Source of the DNA: Camelus ferus
Taxonomy: Eukaryota
Length of the DNA: 64,000 bases
Assembly: GCF_009834535.1 (NCBI RefSeq)
Contig: NC_045697.1
Span: forward strand, 55,306,001-55,370,000
Reading direction: 5' to 3'
The translations under genes and the position numbers were made by a program. The notes below the pieces were generated by a model. It was not told where the DNA came from. It was given only the letters and a program-made list of their open reading frames with translations, and ran no database searches. This document shows, one piece after another, positions 62,346-64,000 of this stretch. Every line of letters starts with the position of its first letter. Positions within the stretch are counted from its first letter, which is position 1.

Positions 62346-64000
62346 GTCAAAAATAAAAATACTAGATTTTATGACTGAAGAATATTTAACTTGCAAAGAA
62401 AAAAGAACTAAAGGATTTTTTAGTTCAAAAAGTATTCATAGTGATATGTAACTGCCATCTTTGAACAATTTCTAAGCATACATTCACAAGAATGGCTTTT
62501 ATATACTATATATAAGATGTATAAAATTATATATTAGATATATAAAATAAATTATACTTCTTAGCCACAAAGCCTGGAATAAACCTTGACATAGTACATA
62601 AAGATATAAAAGAGTAAATATCCAAGAAGCTATTAACTAGGTAAAGTATAAAGTATAGCATTGCTAATTAATCCTATTAATAGAAGTCATAAAGGCCTTT
62701 TGATAAAGGCCCTTTTCTCCAGTGATTTTATGACTTCTATGTATGTTTTGAATAACAATGAATGAAATTGGAAACAAAATGCAAAGGTTTTGTGATTCAA
62801 CAAAAAGAAAACTTGGGAAACAATAAGTATTCATTTGGAAATGATAAAATGTTGGCATCTTCATAGTTGAAGTCTTTAAGAGTATTATTTGTAGAACATT
62901 ATAAAACTTTAAAAATGAATTTTAATGAATGTTTGTCTTATACTTGTGAAAACATATGTATTTATATCTCAGTTTTTAATGATGGTGGCTATAGAGTAAG
63001 TGATTGAAATATACAAACATTCTATAAATTGAATCCTTTCTTATCATGGCTCTAGACCTTTCCACATCTCTTCGGTATGTCCCCTGTCTGACTCACCCAT
63101 AACTGCTGTATCAGAAGAAACTCCTCGTCTTCTCTGGGCTGGTACATCAAGTTTGGGGAATGTTTAGTCAGTTTACAACTAATTGAAGTTCACATGATAC
63201 ATTCTGTCTGCGTTAGTAAAGAGAACTGCATCTGTAAAGAGAACTTTTTATTTATTTTTTCCAGTGCAGCTTCTACCGAATGTCCATATTCTTTATGTGA
63301 CATTAACTTCTCCTCTGCTGCTCATGTCTTGACACTTCTTGTTCTCTCTCTGACTTGTGCTATGGTTGCTGAATGGTTTTCCATCTCTGAATATCTGGAT
63401 GGGGGTGGGGTTTGGTAATCAGTGTCCATTTTGAGTCATAGCTGAAAGAGATCACCTTCTTCACAGAAGTCGTGAAGTCCAAGAAACCTCCAGCTCAGCC
63501 CCCAGGTGGCTGAAGTAAACTCTTAGCTGTTACATTTATTATGTAGACTTCAAAAGCTCTCCAACTTCAGCTCCTGAACCAGCAGCCCTCACTGAACTTA
63601 ACGTTATTAATTTTGCACATTCAGACCTCTTCTTTCACTTGATGTTTCCTCAAAGATTTTCAAAAATTCTTTAGAATGTCAGTGGGATTTTCCAGTAAAA
63701 GATATGACATGCATTATAGATTTATGTATATTCTAGTGATATTAAACTACGTAATGTGTTGCTCCTTAACTGTAGTTTTACTATTTTATGGTAATATTGT
63801 AAATATAGTAGATACTTTTGCAACTAAAGAGAATTCCTCTGGGTTCATCACACAGTGACCATTTCAGACAGTTGTTGTCTCTTTGTTTTGCTTTGTTTTT
63901 CTCTCTTACTTGTTATTTATCACTATCCGAGTAGCAAGGAAACAGTGAGTACTGTTTACTCTTCAGAATATGGAAAGTGCCTTACAAGTGTCCTGTGTGC

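Noticed and set aside
63091..63170. Minus-strand donor TGG|GTGAGT after a short open frame (MYQPREDEEFLLIQQLW)
   Set aside because: No convincing acceptor or partner exon, an unrecognised peptide, and it opposes the strand bias.
1..64000. CRISPR arrays, operons, rRNA, NUMT, ERV internal genes or other viral inserts
   Set aside because: I saw no regularly spaced repeat-spacer structure, long ORFs, or recognisable rRNA, mitochondrial or gag/pol/env sequence by eye. A translated search would be needed to exclude very decayed remnants.

Overview
This is AT-rich eutherian nuclear DNA, most likely camelid, judged from a tRNA-Ala(AGC)-derived SINE of the Vic-1 type and cetartiodactyl-style L1 3' ends. 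I can support no intact protein-coding gene. The ORF track is either chance or decayed L1 ORF2 (858-1043 is the RT 'GFIPGMQGWFNI..SIDAEKAFDKIQH' motif; 18692-18925 is the ORF2 C-terminus). The window is a mosaic of L1s, solo ERV1 LTRs (several with TG..CA ends and 4-bp TSDs), MaLR/ERVL LTRs, Tigger/hAT DNA-transposon relics, L2/MIR, a 5' U2 snRNA fragment and microsatellites, separated by repeat-poor blocks. Of 12 LTR-class elements I could orient, 11 lie on the minus strand, as do the longest L1s. That suggests the window sits inside a long intron of a + strand gene. The best lead is a polypyrimidine-CAG|GTGAGC junction at about 10,960, which may be a recursive splice site or a 13-nt micro-exon. 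Repeat family names come from my memory of consensus sequences, not from a search, and boundaries of old repeats are approximate. I found no novel multi-gene system.
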